A stretch of 59,406 bases of DNA from an uncultured Acidaminococcales bacterium (GCA_964427675.1 CAYRVN010000002.1:1-59406); one strand, 5' to 3'. Positions 37,001 to 46,003 are shown, counted from the first letter of the stretch. The notes: generated by a model not told the origin, from the sequence alone. Program-made: numbers and translations.

Positions 37001-37651
37001 TCTGCTTTGAAGAAGATGGAGTCAAGCCTAACGCATGCAATTGAAGAATTAGGCCCAATCAATGCTGCAGCCATTGAGGAATACAAGGCAGTTAGCGAGC
37101 GATACGAGTTTTTAAATGCTCAATACAATGACCTATATGAGGCCAAAGCCCGGCTGGAAGAAGTAATTAATGAAATCAATGCAAATATGTCCAGAAGATT
37201 TAAAGAATCCTTAACAAAAATCAATGCTTATTTTGCTGAGACATATAAAAATTTATTTGGAGGCGGGACGGCTAGCCTTGAATTGCAGAATCCTGATAAT
37301 ATTCTTGATTCCGGTATTGAAATAATTGTGCAACCGCCTGGAAAAAAATTGCAAAGCTTATTCTTGTTGTCTGGTGGTGAAAGAGCATTAACGGTAATCG
37401 CATTGCTCTTCGCGCTATTATCATATCAGCCAGCACCATTTTGTATTCTAGATGAAATAGATGCAGCTCTGGATGAAGCGAATATAGATCGTTTCTCGGC
37501 TTTTCTGGCCGACTATGCCAAGAAAACGCAATTTATTATTATTACTCATCGCAAAGGTGTCATGGAAGCAGCGGATGTTTTGCATGGGATAACAATGGAA
37601 GAATCAGGTATTTCCAGGCTGCTATCAGTAAAGTTGGAAGAAAAGGGGTAA
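34091..37651 (+). CDS. smc: Chromosome partition protein SMC
   Basis: GTG start. GPNGSGKSN Walker A, long coiled coils, hinge, LSGGE signature, FCILDEIDAALD Walker B. Confidence 0.93.
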   Translation: MRLKAFETYGFKSFAERTEINFEEGITAIVGPNGSGKSNISDAIRWVLGEQSAKYLRGSKMEDVIFAGTSKRRALGMAEVSLVFDNSDHKIPTDFDEINICRRVFRSGDSEYYINKKPCRLKDIVDIFSDTGLGRGSMSIIGQNRIDEILNSRPEERRALFEEAAGIAKYRLRKKEATHRLEETANNITRIYDIKSEIEGRIEPLRISAEKTHKYLKMSDELRSCRVTQVVHKLQNIEEINEKLAAKIAELNKRNEEIKVEVNLKENNGLILKTELDKINEEFAELQNSIAERETLLEKLHGQEAVLSERILQSQKSQERLQAQRERLVQQLGEIEGNLKTIVEKYDALETEQQAAQSAVNKYAIEQENKENSIAETENKILDYKSSAFESMQQIVDLRNEIRSLENEQENRQRKREQLKKTLADLEEAYNLLSERRDNIISEQQSITNSIILVQEQMSKLVAKNSDDQGSLIEVVKKRNSMNETLSSLQTKIDLLENMQRVYDGFGRSIKTVLASESSWRNGIIGVVAELFQVPPPYVTAIETALGGSVQNLVTKDVSTAKQAIEFLKRTKDGRATFLPLDTIRPTFLRNDEAALLKLPGIIGIASELVQCEEKLLPVANFLLGRVLVAQDMDAALRAAKANNYRLRIVTIEGEILNPGGSITGGSSRHKESGFLSRKNEIIVAKENVENINRQILMIQENIEACETLVKQNNGKIEEFKSVLQKNKVRQAELSAHLERAVAEIEQHKENIALYEQEKRQHSEDYINTRNILLELKPNLAMLEQKDLSTKELVDKLQQELTAEQRALSTIRTHYQNSCIALESAKERTNLVSERIKQIDADMARLQLEISNNDVENEKMVQVIVESEQTKELLVVRQKDILAALKTDNGGKEEFTNRRLKIVEKLAIAEGELDATKKEYAVSTQKLHLAEMEKVKQQTEYETALEQIVTTYNITLAEAKDSTLLLDLSDSALKKMESSLTHAIEELGPINAAAIEEYKAVSERYEFLNAQYNDLYEAKARLEEVINEINANMSRRFKESLTKINAYFAETYKNLFGGGTASLELQNPDNILDSGIEIIVQPPGKKLQSLFLLSGGERALTVIALLFALLSYQPAPFCILDEIDAALDEANIDRFSAFLADYAKKTQFIIITHRKGVMEAADVLHGITMEESGISRLLSVKLEEKG

Positions 37652-37654
37652 AAC

Positions 37655-38566
37655 ATGGGCTTTTTTGAAAGATTGAAAGATGGATTATCCAAAACCAGGA
37701 AGAACTTTACAGAAAAAATCGAGACTCTTGTTGGTTTGTCGACAGAAGTTGACGAAGATTTTTTGGAAGAACTGGAAATGGTTCTCATTGCCGGTGATGT
37801 TGGTGTTAAAACTACAGAAAAAATTATGAAGGCAGTTCGCGGAGCCGCGAAAAGTCGTGAAATTAAGTCTCCTGAAGACGTTTTGCCCTTTCTCAAGGCG
37901 TATGTTGCTGGTTTGTTGAAGGACGAAGGGCAGCGCATGCGTTTAAGTGGTTCACCAAGTGTAATTCTTGTAGTTGGTGTAAATGGCGTGGGCAAGACAA
38001 CCACTATAGGAAAACTCAGCAATTATTATCGACTTCTAGGTCATAAAGTTATGATAGCTGCTGGCGACACTTTCAGAGCGGCTGCTGCTGAGCAGTTAAA
38101 AATATGGGGTGAAAGAGCTGAAGCTGACGTAATAAGTCACGCAGAAGGAGCAGACCCTGCTGCAGTAGTATACGATGCTGTTAAAGCAGCTGTGGCTCGT
38201 AAAGCGGATATACTTTTCATTGATACCGCTGGACGGCTGCATAATAAATCTAACTTAATGAAAGAACTTGACAAGATTCATCGGGTTATTCAAAGGGAAA
38301 TACCAGATGCGCCTCATGAAACATTACTTGTTCTTGATGCAACAACAGGGCAGAATGCAATAACGCAAGCAAAAATATTTACTGAGACAACCAATGTCAC
38401 AGGCGTAGTCTTGACAAAACTAGATGGAACCGCAAAGGGCGGCGTAATAATTGCTATCAAAGAAGAGCTTGGACTGTCTGTAAAATGGATTGGAGTGGGC
38501 GAAAGTATAATGGATTTCCGTACATTTGAGCCTGAAAATTTCGTCGAAGCCTTATTTAACAAATAA
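37655..38566 (+). CDS. ftsY: Signal recognition particle receptor FtsY (short, NG-domain form)
   Basis: GVNGVGKTTTIGKL, DTAGR, TKLDGTAKGG. Confidence 0.9.
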   Translation: MGFFERLKDGLSKTRKNFTEKIETLVGLSTEVDEDFLEELEMVLIAGDVGVKTTEKIMKAVRGAAKSREIKSPEDVLPFLKAYVAGLLKDEGQRMRLSGSPSVILVVGVNGVGKTTTIGKLSNYYRLLGHKVMIAAGDTFRAAAAEQLKIWGERAEADVISHAEGADPAAVVYDAVKAAVARKADILFIDTAGRLHNKSNLMKELDKIHRVIQREIPDAPHETLLVLDATTGQNAITQAKIFTETTNVTGVVLTKLDGTAKGGVIIAIKEELGLSVKWIGVGESIMDFRTFEPENFVEALFNK

Positions 38567-38577
38567 ATCATGGTGAC

Positions 38578-38612
38578 AAGGGAAAACACTTGACGGTGTT
38601 TTCCCTTTGTTG
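38578..38612 (+). terminator. Intrinsic terminator after ftsY
   Basis: Perfect 12-bp stem AAGGGAAAACAC / GTGTTTTCCCTT with a 6-nt loop, then TGTTGT. Confidence 0.6.
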
Positions 38613-38618
38613 TATAAT
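38590..38618 (+). promoter_or_regulatory. Sigma-A promoter of ylxM-ffh, embedded in the ftsY terminator
   Basis: TTGACG (exactly the hairpin loop) - 17 nt - TATAAT. Confidence 0.6.
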
Positions 38619-38656
38619 AACGAATGTTAGTAATATTTAAGATTTTTGGTGAGAAG

Positions 38657-39028
38657 ATGCTGGCAGATATAGGTTTTGAACAAAGAATGCGATTAGTTCG
38701 TTTATATGATATTTATGGTGGCCTTCTAACTGATAAGCAACAAAAATGCATGGAATTGCATTTTTATAATGACCTGTCACTTTCGGAGATTGCTGATGAA
38801 TACGGTGTTTCTCGACAAGCTATTTATGATCTGATTAAAAGAGCAGGACAGATTTTGGAACGTTATGAAAATAGGTTGAAATTGCTGGAACGAGATAAAG
38901 AAAATAGTGATATGCTCATTCATGCAGAAGAATTACTGACAGATTATATTAATAACCACGGCAAAGAAACTACTTTAGAGTTGGTACAGACAATTTTACG
39001 TGAGCTAAATGGTAAAGGCAGGGCATAA
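38657..39028 (+). CDS. ylxM: UPF0122 putative DNA-binding protein YlxM
   Basis: LYDIYGGLLTDKQQKCMELHFYNDLSLSEIADEYGVSRQAIYDLIKR (sigma-70 region 4-like HTH). Start ATG 38657. Confidence 0.8.
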   Translation: MLADIGFEQRMRLVRLYDIYGGLLTDKQQKCMELHFYNDLSLSEIADEYGVSRQAIYDLIKRAGQILERYENRLKLLERDKENSDMLIHAEELLTDYINNHGKETTLELVQTILRELNGKGRA

Positions 39029-39030
39029 TA

Positions 39031-40377
39031 ATGGCATTTGAGGGCTTAGCTGATAGATTACAGACTGCAATAAAAAAAATACGTGGCAGTCAAAAAGTTA
39101 CAGAAGAAGATTTAAAGGAAACATTACGTGAAGTGCGTATGGCTCTTTTGGAAGCAGACGTAAACTTCAAAGTTGTTAAAGATTTTATTGCCAGAATAAA
39201 AGAAAGAGCAATGGGACAGGAAGTACAGGCGAGCCTGACTCCGGGCCAATTTATTATTAAAATAGTTAATGAAGAGCTAACTGATTTGTTGGGTGGTACC
39301 CAAAGCAAACTGATGGTTGCCTCCAAACCGCCGACTGTAATCATGCTTGTTGGTCTGCAGGGTGCTGGTAAAACTACAACTGCTGGCAAGTTAGCAAATC
39401 ATTTGCGTAAGAATGGTAAAAAGCCGATGTTAGTTGCCGGAGACGTCTATCGTCCTGCAGCAATCAAACAGCTTCAGGTTCTTGGAGACCAGCTCAGCAT
39501 TCCTGTATTTTCGCTTGGTGATCAGGTTTCCCCTGTTGAGATTGCTAGGCAATCGATGAGCAAAGCATTTTCACTGGCATGTGATACTGTAATCATAGAT
39601 ACAGCAGGTCGCCTTCATATCAACGAAGAATTGATGGGCGAGCTCAAAGAGATAAAGAATGTGGTTAAGCCGCATGAAATACTTCTTGTTGTTGATGCGA
39701 TGACTGGCCAGGATGCTGTTACCGTAGCTGAGTCATTTAACAACGACCTTGGCATTGATGGATTGATTGTTACCAAGCTTGATGGCGATGCCAGAGGCGG
39801 TGCTGTTTTGTCTGTCAAAGCTGTTACAGGCAGACCTGTTAAATTCGTTGGTATGGGTGAAAAACTTGACGCCTTGGAACCTTTCCACCCTGACCGTATG
39901 GCTTCGCGAATCTTGGGTATGGGCGATGTTTTATCGTTAATAGAGAAAGCTCAAGCAGTTTTTGATGCTGAAGATGCGGCTAAACTTGAAAAAAAGCTTC
40001 GCAAAGAGGAGTTTACCCTTGAGCAATTCTTAGAGCAGATGCAGCAGGTTAAAAAACTCGGCTCGTTGGAATCTATTCTCGGGATGCTTCCAGGTATGGG
40101 CAATATAAGCCAAAAGCTAAAGGATGCAAATGTTGATGAAAAAGAGTTGGACCGCGTGGAGGCAATTATAAGGTCAATGACCTTAGCCGAACGTAGAAAT
40201 CCAAATATCATAAATGGCAGCAGACGTAAGAGAATTGCAGCCGGTTCTGGTACAAGAGTGCAGGATGTCAATAAGCTGTTGAAAAATTTTGAACAAAGCA
40301 AATTGATGATGAAAAAGATCAAAGGAATGAACAAGTTTGCCTCAAAAGGTGGTTTCAAACTACCTTTTATGCAATAA
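39031..40377 (+). CDS. ffh: Signal recognition particle protein Ffh
   Basis: GLQGAGKTTTAGKL, DTAGR, TKLDGDARGG, and a Met-rich M domain. Confidence 0.95.
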   Translation: MAFEGLADRLQTAIKKIRGSQKVTEEDLKETLREVRMALLEADVNFKVVKDFIARIKERAMGQEVQASLTPGQFIIKIVNEELTDLLGGTQSKLMVASKPPTVIMLVGLQGAGKTTTAGKLANHLRKNGKKPMLVAGDVYRPAAIKQLQVLGDQLSIPVFSLGDQVSPVEIARQSMSKAFSLACDTVIIDTAGRLHINEELMGELKEIKNVVKPHEILLVVDAMTGQDAVTVAESFNNDLGIDGLIVTKLDGDARGGAVLSVKAVTGRPVKFVGMGEKLDALEPFHPDRMASRILGMGDVLSLIEKAQAVFDAEDAAKLEKKLRKEEFTLEQFLEQMQQVKKLGSLESILGMLPGMGNISQKLKDANVDEKELDRVEAIIRSMTLAERRNPNIINGSRRKRIAAGSGTRVQDVNKLLKNFEQSKLMMKKIKGMNKFASKGGFKLPFMQ

Positions 40378-40409
40378 AATTTAATTAATTTAAGGAGGTG
40401 AAAATATAA

Positions 40410-40691
40410 ATGGCAGTTAAAATTCGTTTAAAACGTATGGGTGCTAAAAAGAACCCTTTTTTCCGTATTGTCGTTGCTGACTCCCGTGCTCCACGTGATG
40501 GCCGCTTTATCGAAAGCATCGGTTACTATGATTCTACTGTACAACCTGCAGTAGTACAAATCGATGAGGAAAAAGCTCTGTCCTGGATGTCTAAAGGTGC
40601 ACAACCTACTGATACTGTTAAATCCTTATTCAGCAAAGATGGTATTATTGCTAAATACGCTGAAGCAAAAGCTAAAAAAAGTGAGGCGTGA
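40410..40691 (+). CDS. rpsP: 30S ribosomal protein S16
   Basis: [35 protein letters not shown]. Confidence 0.95.
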   Translation: MAVKIRLKRMGAKKNPFFRIVVADSRAPRDGRFIESIGYYDSTVQPAVVQIDEEKALSWMSKGAQPTDTVKSLFSKDGIIAKYAEAKAKKSEA

Positions 40692-40696
40692 TTGAC

Positions 40697-40924
40697 ATGA
40701 AAGAATTGGTAGAAATCATGGCCAAGTCTCTAGTGAATAATCCGTCCGCAGTAGTCGTGGAGGAGGAAACAACCGGTACTACAACGGTGCTTCGCCTCCA
40801 TGTTGCTCCTGAGGATATGGGTAAAGTTATTGGCAAACAAGGTCGTATTGCTAAAGCAATCCGTGTTGTCTTAAAAGCAGTTGCGACGCGTGAAAACGTC
40901 AAAGTCGTCGTTGAGATTGTTTAA
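40697..40924 (+). CDS. KH-domain RNA-binding protein (YlqC/UPF0109)
   Basis: GKVIGKQGRIAKAIR KH motif, in the conserved position after rpsP. Start ATG 40697. Confidence 0.8.
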   Translation: MKELVEIMAKSLVNNPSAVVVEEETTGTTTVLRLHVAPEDMGKVIGKQGRIAKAIRVVLKAVATRENVKVVVEIV

Positions 40925-40942
40925 AAAGGATGGTTTAACATA

Positions 40943-41350
40943 ATGGATAAAATGACCGTAAGAATGCCGGTTACAATTAAAGCTAAGGTTACTGAGACTT
41001 TAAAAACGAAAATTATTGGAGATCTCCAAAAAAGAATACAACAAATTAGTCTGGAGCTTGAACAATTCGAATTTACTGCTAAACGCGCTGTCAGCGAGCA
41101 GGAAAATCAGGATGAAACTTTAGTTCCAGCTTTGCAGCAGCAAATTGAAGTGGAACGTTCAAAACGTATTGCTGCTAAGCAAGAAGCTGAAGCAAAACTC
41201 AAAAGGGCAGAAAAATTAGAATTTGGCGCTGAAATTGGTCATGGCCAACTTGAAAGAACTGTTGAACTTGAAATCGGTACCGATCTTGATAAAATAATGG
41301 GTGCTGAAATTGTAACGGAAGACGGCAAAATAGTCGCCTTCAGGGCTTAA
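40943..41350 (+). CDS. YlqD-family protein (unknown function)
   Basis: 135 aa, in the conserved slot between the KH protein and rimM, as in B. subtilis ylqD. Confidence 0.65.
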   Translation: MDKMTVRMPVTIKAKVTETLKTKIIGDLQKRIQQISLELEQFEFTAKRAVSEQENQDETLVPALQQQIEVERSKRIAAKQEAEAKLKRAEKLEFGAEIGHGQLERTVELEIGTDLDKIMGAEIVTEDGKIVAFRA

Positions 41351-41354
41351 CATC

Positions 41355-41852
41355 TTGGATAAGAGAATTGTAATAGGCGCCATTGTCGCCCCGCATGGTG
41401 TGCGGGGCGAATTTCGTGTAATGCCTCTGACCGAAAATCCTGATATGTTTTTAGCGTTGAAGTATTTCTTTTTAGAAGATGGACGAAAGTTTTCTGTAAT
41501 AGCTGCACGTTTCCATAAAAATGTTTTTTTAGTTAAAGTAAACGAAATTAACAACATGGATGAGGCTGAATTGCTGCGTGGCAAGAAGGTTCTTATCAAT
41601 ACAGCTGATTTGCCCCCTCTTAAGGATGATCAGTTTTATGTTTCTGATTTAATTGGGTTCTCTATTTATGATGAAAGCGGTTCTTTGCTTGGTAAGCTGA
41701 AGGATGTTTTAGCTACGGGCAGCAACGATGTTTTCGTTGTTCAAGCAACTGATGGCAGCGAGATATTGATTCCAGCTTTAAAGGCTAATATCAAAGAAAT
41801 TAATATGGCTAATAACCGTATCTTGGTTAAACTGCCGGAATGGGCTGAGTAG
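41355..41852 (+). CDS. rimM: Ribosome maturation factor RimM
   Basis: TTG start. IGAIVAPHGVRGEFRV, and a PRC barrel C-terminus. Confidence 0.85.
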   Translation: MDKRIVIGAIVAPHGVRGEFRVMPLTENPDMFLALKYFFLEDGRKFSVIAARFHKNVFLVKVNEINNMDEAELLRGKKVLINTADLPPLKDDQFYVSDLIGFSIYDESGSLLGKLKDVLATGSNDVFVVQATDGSEILIPALKANIKEINMANNRILVKLPEWAE

Positions 41853-41854
41853 AA

Positions 41855-42604
41855 GTGAATTTCCTTTTTGTTACATTATTCCCAGAATTTATTGAACAGG
41901 CGACATGCTTTAGTATTATCAAGAGGGCTGTGGAGCAGGGATTATTGACTGTTTCTTGCATAAATCCCCGTGACTTTACTTATGATAAGCATAAAACCGT
42001 GGATGATACTCCTTTTGGTGGAGGCGTAGGCATGGTTTTAAAAGTTGAACCTTTTGTGGCAGCCATCAAAGAAGCTAAACTTTTACTCCCAAATGCTGAG
42101 GTGATTGCGCTTTGTCCTGGCGGCAATACCTTGAACCAACGCATTGTTGAAAAACTTGCTGAATCCGACCGCGATCTAATTTTCTTATGTGGTCACTATG
42201 AAGGTTTTGATGAGAGGATTTTCGCTTGGGTGGATGAAAAGATATCAATTGGGGATTATGTGCTTACGGGAGGAGAACTTCCTGCTTTGGTTGTAATGGA
42301 TGCTGTCGCACGTTATGTTCCGGGAGTATTAGGCAAAGAAGAAAGTGCTTCGGAAGAGTCCTTTAGCGAAGCCTTGCTTGAATACCCACAATATACAAGA
42401 CCAGTCATCTTTGAAGGCATGGAGGTTCCAGAGGTATTGCGAGGGGGCAACCATGCGCTTATAAAAGAGTGGCGTAGAAAAGAGTCCCTGCGTGCTACCT
42501 ATAAGAACCGCCCAGACTTGCTCAGTAAAGCTAATTTGAGCAAAGAGGATGGGAAATTGCTATTAGCTGTAATTAAAGAAACTAAAGGTGGAAATAATGG
42601 CTAA
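41855..42604 (+). CDS. trmD: tRNA (guanine37-N1)-methyltransferase TrmD
   Basis: GTG start. FLFVTLFPEF, DDTPFGGGVGMV, CGHYEGFDERI, GDYVLTGGELPA. Confidence 0.9.
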   Translation: MNFLFVTLFPEFIEQATCFSIIKRAVEQGLLTVSCINPRDFTYDKHKTVDDTPFGGGVGMVLKVEPFVAAIKEAKLLLPNAEVIALCPGGNTLNQRIVEKLAESDRDLIFLCGHYEGFDERIFAWVDEKISIGDYVLTGGELPALVVMDAVARYVPGVLGKEESASEESFSEALLEYPQYTRPVIFEGMEVPEVLRGGNHALIKEWRRKESLRATYKNRPDLLSKANLSKEDGKLLLAVIKETKGGNNG

Positions 42605-43169
42605 TTTGTATCTTGGTTTAGTGCACTATCCTATTTACAACAAGAACATGAAAGTTGTAGCTACAGCAGTTACTAATTTTGACATTCATGATATTTCACG
42701 TACGGCTCGTACTTATGATGTTAAACGATACTTTTTGATTCATCCCTTAGACGAACAGAAAAAAATTATTACAAAAATTACTGATTATTGGCAAAATGGT
42801 TTTGGACAGGTATATAATCCTGACCGCAGCAATGCTTTGGAAAGAGTGAGTTATATTCCCAGCATTGGAAATGCCATTGATGAGATAGAGAAGATAGAAG
42901 GCACTAAGCCTATAACTATTACCACTGATGCAAGAAAATATGAAAATACTGTTTCATATGGCTTTGTTAGGAACCTTCTTAAAGAGGGTTCGCAGCCGAT
43001 TCTTTTATTGTTTGGCACTGGTTTTGGAATAGAGAAAACTGTCATGGGCAGTTTTGATTATATTCTAGAACCAATATATGGACCATGTGATTATAATCAT
43101 CTATGTGTAAGATCTGCGGCAGCTATTATTATAGATCGCATAGCAGGTGAGCAATGGTGGTTAAAATAG
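42597..43169 (+). CDS. Uncharacterised SPOUT-like putative RNA methyltransferase (Thermotoga TM1570-like family)
   Basis: MANLYLGLVHYPIYNKNMKVVATAVTNFDIHDISRTARTYDV, and LLFGTGFG near the C-terminus. 8-nt overlap with trmD. Confidence 0.55.
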   Translation: MANLYLGLVHYPIYNKNMKVVATAVTNFDIHDISRTARTYDVKRYFLIHPLDEQKKIITKITDYWQNGFGQVYNPDRSNALERVSYIPSIGNAIDEIEKIEGTKPITITTDARKYENTVSYGFVRNLLKEGSQPILLLFGTGFGIEKTVMGSFDYILEPIYGPCDYNHLCVRSAAAIIIDRIAGEQWWLK

Positions 43170-43171
43170 TA

Positions 43172-43200
43172 TTGCTATGAGGTATTCTATGTGATATAAT
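43172..43200 (+). promoter_or_regulatory. Putative sigma-A promoter of rplS
   Basis: TTGCTA - 17 nt - TATAAT. Confidence 0.55.
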
Positions 43201-43275
43201 ACCTACGTATGTAAGACGGACGGTCCGCTGTTGATTTGTTCATACATGAACGTCTATGATATTGAGGAGGAAATT
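43201..43275 (+). ncRNA. Possible L19 (rplS) autoregulatory leader
   Basis: A 75-nt structured leader with hairpin GTTCAT-AC-ATGAAC (43238-43251) and flanking AGACG/CGTCT pairing. Firmicutes are known to have an rplS leader motif. Not verified by a covariance model. Confidence 0.3.
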
Positions 43276-43617
43276 ATGAACATTATTGAAGTTTTGGAAC
43301 AAGAACAACTTCGTTCCGACATTCCGGATTTTCGTGCCGGAGACACTGTAAAAGTATTTGTTAAGGTTGTTGAAGGAACCAGAGAACGTGTTCAGTTGTT
43401 TGAAGGTGTCGTTATCGCTCGCAGCGGTGGCGGTGTGCGTGAAATGTTTACTGTACGTCGCATTTCTTCCGGCGTTGGTGTGGAAAGAACTTTCCCACTT
43501 CACTCACCAAGATTGGAAAAAATTGAAGTTGCTCGTCGCGGCATTGTTCGTAGAGCAAAGCTTTATTATCTGCGTAATCTTACCGGTAAAGCAGCTCGTA
43601 TTAGAGAAAGACGCTAA
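43276..43617 (+). CDS. rplS: 50S ribosomal protein L19
   Basis: [19 protein letters not shown]. Start ATG 43276 behind GAGGAGG. Confidence 0.93.
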   Translation: MNIIEVLEQEQLRSDIPDFRAGDTVKVFVKVVEGTRERVQLFEGVVIARSGGGVREMFTVRRISSGVGVERTFPLHSPRLEKIEVARRGIVRRAKLYYLRNLTGKAARIRERR

Positions 43618-43627
43618 TCGGAATCTA

Positions 43628-43659
43628 AAGGGACTGTTTATCAGTCCCTTTTGCTATTT
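43628..43659 (+). terminator. Intrinsic terminator after rplS
   Basis: AAGGGACTG / CAGTCCCTT hairpin followed by TTGCTATTT. Confidence 0.7.
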
Positions 43660-43704
43660 AAGGAGTAAAAGACTGTTTAGCACTACTGAAAGGAGCAAAG
43701 CAAT

Positions 43705-44241
43705 ATGAAGAAAAAATCTGATAATACGTGGCAAGACATTGTCAGTGATTGGCTGTATTCAATCATCGTTGCTGTTGTGTTAGCCTTTTGTATCAGAACC
43801 TTTGTTGTCGAGCCATATATGGTTTCCGGCCCATCCATGCTCCCTACACTAGAAAACGGTGAACGGCTGTTGGTTAATAAGTTTGTTTACTTTGTCAGTG
43901 AGCCGAAGAGAGACGAAATAGTAATTTTCAAATACCCCATGGATGAAAGCAGAGATTTCATTAAAAGAGTAATTGCTATCGGCGGTGATACTATAGAAAT
44001 TCGTGATGGTCAGGTCTATGTGAATGGAGTATTAAAGAAAGAAACGTATATAAAAGAGCCTAACCATAGTACCTATCGCAAAGCAGTAGTTCCTAAAAAC
44101 CATATTTTTGTTCTGGGCGATAATCGCAACAATTCTGAAGATAGCCGCTACAGCGATGTTGGCTTCGTGCCATTAAAGCTTGTTAAAGGTAAAGCAAGTG
44201 TAATTTTCTGGCCTTTTGAAAAAGGCAGGACATTACCTTGA
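43705..44241 (+). CDS. lepB: Signal peptidase I
   Basis: SGPSMLPTL (Ser), KRVIAIGGD (Lys), GDNRNNSEDSR. Confidence 0.9.
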   Translation: MKKKSDNTWQDIVSDWLYSIIVAVVLAFCIRTFVVEPYMVSGPSMLPTLENGERLLVNKFVYFVSEPKRDEIVIFKYPMDESRDFIKRVIAIGGDTIEIRDGQVYVNGVLKKETYIKEPNHSTYRKAVVPKNHIFVLGDNRNNSEDSRYSDVGFVPLKLVKGKASVIFWPFEKGRTLP

Positions 44242-44265
44242 TGGAAGTAGAGGAGTGGAGTAACT

Positions 44266-45126
44266 ATGGACTTTAAGATTCAATGGTTTCCAGGCCATAT
44301 GACAAAAGCAAAGCGCATGATGGAAACTCAGTTGAAGTTAGTGGACGTAGTTATTGAAATGCTTGATGCGAGAATTCCACGTTCCAGCACTAATCCTATG
44401 TTGCTTGAAATGCTTGGCAATAAACCTAAACTTATTGCCTTAAACAAGATTGACATGGCCGATTCTGCAAAAACTGATACTTGGCTGCAGATTTTCAAAA
44501 ACAATGGACTAACCGTTGTGAAAGTCGATTGTGCTACAGGTAAAGGTATTAAACAATTAATTAGCGCAGTTCAGGAAATTGCCAAACCGGTAAGCGAGAA
44601 ATGGGCCAAAAAGGGTGTAAAAAACCGCCCCATTCGTGTTATGATCGTCGGTGTCCCTAACGTGGGCAAATCAACACTTATAAATCGTCTTGTTGGTAAA
44701 AACAAGGTTGTTGCTGCTGATAGGCCTGGTGTAACACGGGGACAGCAATGGATCACTATTGCCAAGGGCTTGGAATTATTGGATACCCCTGGTGTTTTAT
44801 GGCCAAAATTTGATGACCCTGAGATTGGTTTTTGTCTTGCTGTTACAGGTGCTATCAAAGAAGATGTTTTTGATAGAGAACAGGCTGTCATGTTATTGAT
44901 GGAAAGGCTGAAAAATAATTATGCCAAGGAAGTTTCTGAGAAATATGGCGCCGATATATTGGAAGAAGATTCGGCGGGAGATATTTTACGTAAGATTGCA
45001 GCTGCACGCGGTTGTTTGAAAACAGGCGGTGTGCCTGATATTGAAAAAGTCATACAGTTGGTGTTGCGAGATTTCCGAACCGGACGTTTGGGCCGCTTTA
45101 CATTGGATAATCCGGATGGAAAATAA
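44266..45126 (+). CDS. rbgA: Ribosome biogenesis GTPase A (YlqF/RbgA)
   Basis: IQWFPGHMTKA, NKIDM, GVPNVGKSTLIN, DTPG (circularly permuted GTPase). Confidence 0.9.
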   Translation: MDFKIQWFPGHMTKAKRMMETQLKLVDVVIEMLDARIPRSSTNPMLLEMLGNKPKLIALNKIDMADSAKTDTWLQIFKNNGLTVVKVDCATGKGIKQLISAVQEIAKPVSEKWAKKGVKNRPIRVMIVGVPNVGKSTLINRLVGKNKVVAADRPGVTRGQQWITIAKGLELLDTPGVLWPKFDDPEIGFCLAVTGAIKEDVFDREQAVMLLMERLKNNYAKEVSEKYGADILEEDSAGDILRKIAAARGCLKTGGVPDIEKVIQLVLRDFRTGRLGRFTLDNPDGK

Positions 45127-45154
45127 ACAGGACCATTATGGCCCTGTTTTTTTT
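45127..45154 (+). terminator. Intrinsic terminator after rbgA
   Basis: ACAGGACC / GGCCCTGT hairpin (one mismatch) followed by T8. Confidence 0.65.
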
Positions 45155-45168
45155 ATGAGGTGTTAGAC

Positions 45169-45984
45169 ATGAATATTGCAGAAATCAGAACAATTTTGTC
45201 ACAAGAACCTTCACAGGAAGAGCTTGCATTAATTGCATGTGATGCGCGGTCAGGTGTGCAGAAACTTTATGCTGCCTATAAACGCAGAATTGAGACAGAA
45301 TTTAAGGAAAAAGAGCGCTTTGACAAAATGCTTGCTTTTGAAAAAGAATATTGGCAGCAAGGAATCACAAATGTTGCCGGAGTTGACGAAGCAGGGCGCG
45401 GACCGCTAGCTGGTCCTTTAGTCGTTGCTTCTGTTATTTTGCCTGAAAATGTTTTTATCAGCGGCTTAAACGACTCCAAACAATTGTCTGCCAAAGTCAG
45501 GGAACGTCTTTATGACGAAGTATGCCAAAAGGCTATTTCAATAGTAATGAATATAGTTTCAGTAACTGAAATAGATAAATATAATATTTATCAAGCTACA
45601 AAGCTTAGTATGGAGAAGGTTGTAGCGCATTTAATTCCAAAACCTGCAGTAGCATTGATAGATGCTATGCCGGTAGATGTGGTTGATGTGAAAACTATTC
45701 CTTTGATTCATGGTGATGCGTTGAGTGCCTCTATTGCTGCCGCTTCTATTATAGCTAAGGTAACCAGAGACAGAATAATGCTCGACCTTGATAAAGAATA
45801 TCCTGAATACGATTTTGCTTCTAATAAAGGATATGGTAGTCAAAAACATATGGAAGCCATCAGAAAATATGGTGCAACTTTTTGGCATCGCCGATCTTAC
45901 GAACCTATTAAGAGTTTAGCAGCAGAGCTGTTATCTGCTGAGGTTGATAACAAAAGTCAGCTGATAGTACTAAAGCAGCAATAA
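45169..45984 (+). CDS. rnhB: Ribonuclease HII
   Basis: GVDEAGRGPLAGPLV, and DSKQL. Start ATG 45169 behind GAGGTG. Confidence 0.88.
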   Translation: MNIAEIRTILSQEPSQEELALIACDARSGVQKLYAAYKRRIETEFKEKERFDKMLAFEKEYWQQGITNVAGVDEAGRGPLAGPLVVASVILPENVFISGLNDSKQLSAKVRERLYDEVCQKAISIVMNIVSVTEIDKYNIYQATKLSMEKVVAHLIPKPAVALIDAMPVDVVDVKTIPLIHGDALSASIAAASIIAKVTRDRIMLDLDKEYPEYDFASNKGYGSQKHMEAIRKYGATFWHRRSYEPIKSLAAELLSAEVDNKSQLIVLKQQ

Positions 45985-46003
45985 AAGAAAGGAAGCGACC
46001 CTT

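Noticed and set aside
37546-38022. A 158-aa ORF antisense to the smc end and ftsY start. Similar cases are 39951-40358 opposite ffh and 24546-24941 opposite yceD.
   Set aside because: These are embedded opposite strongly supported genes. They show no RBS, no motif and biased antisense composition.
45169-45984. An RNase HII that is longer (272 aa) than minimal RNase HII enzymes.
   Set aside because: Firmicute RnhB proteins, including the 255-aa B. subtilis enzyme, commonly carry a similar N-terminal extension, so this is not unusual.
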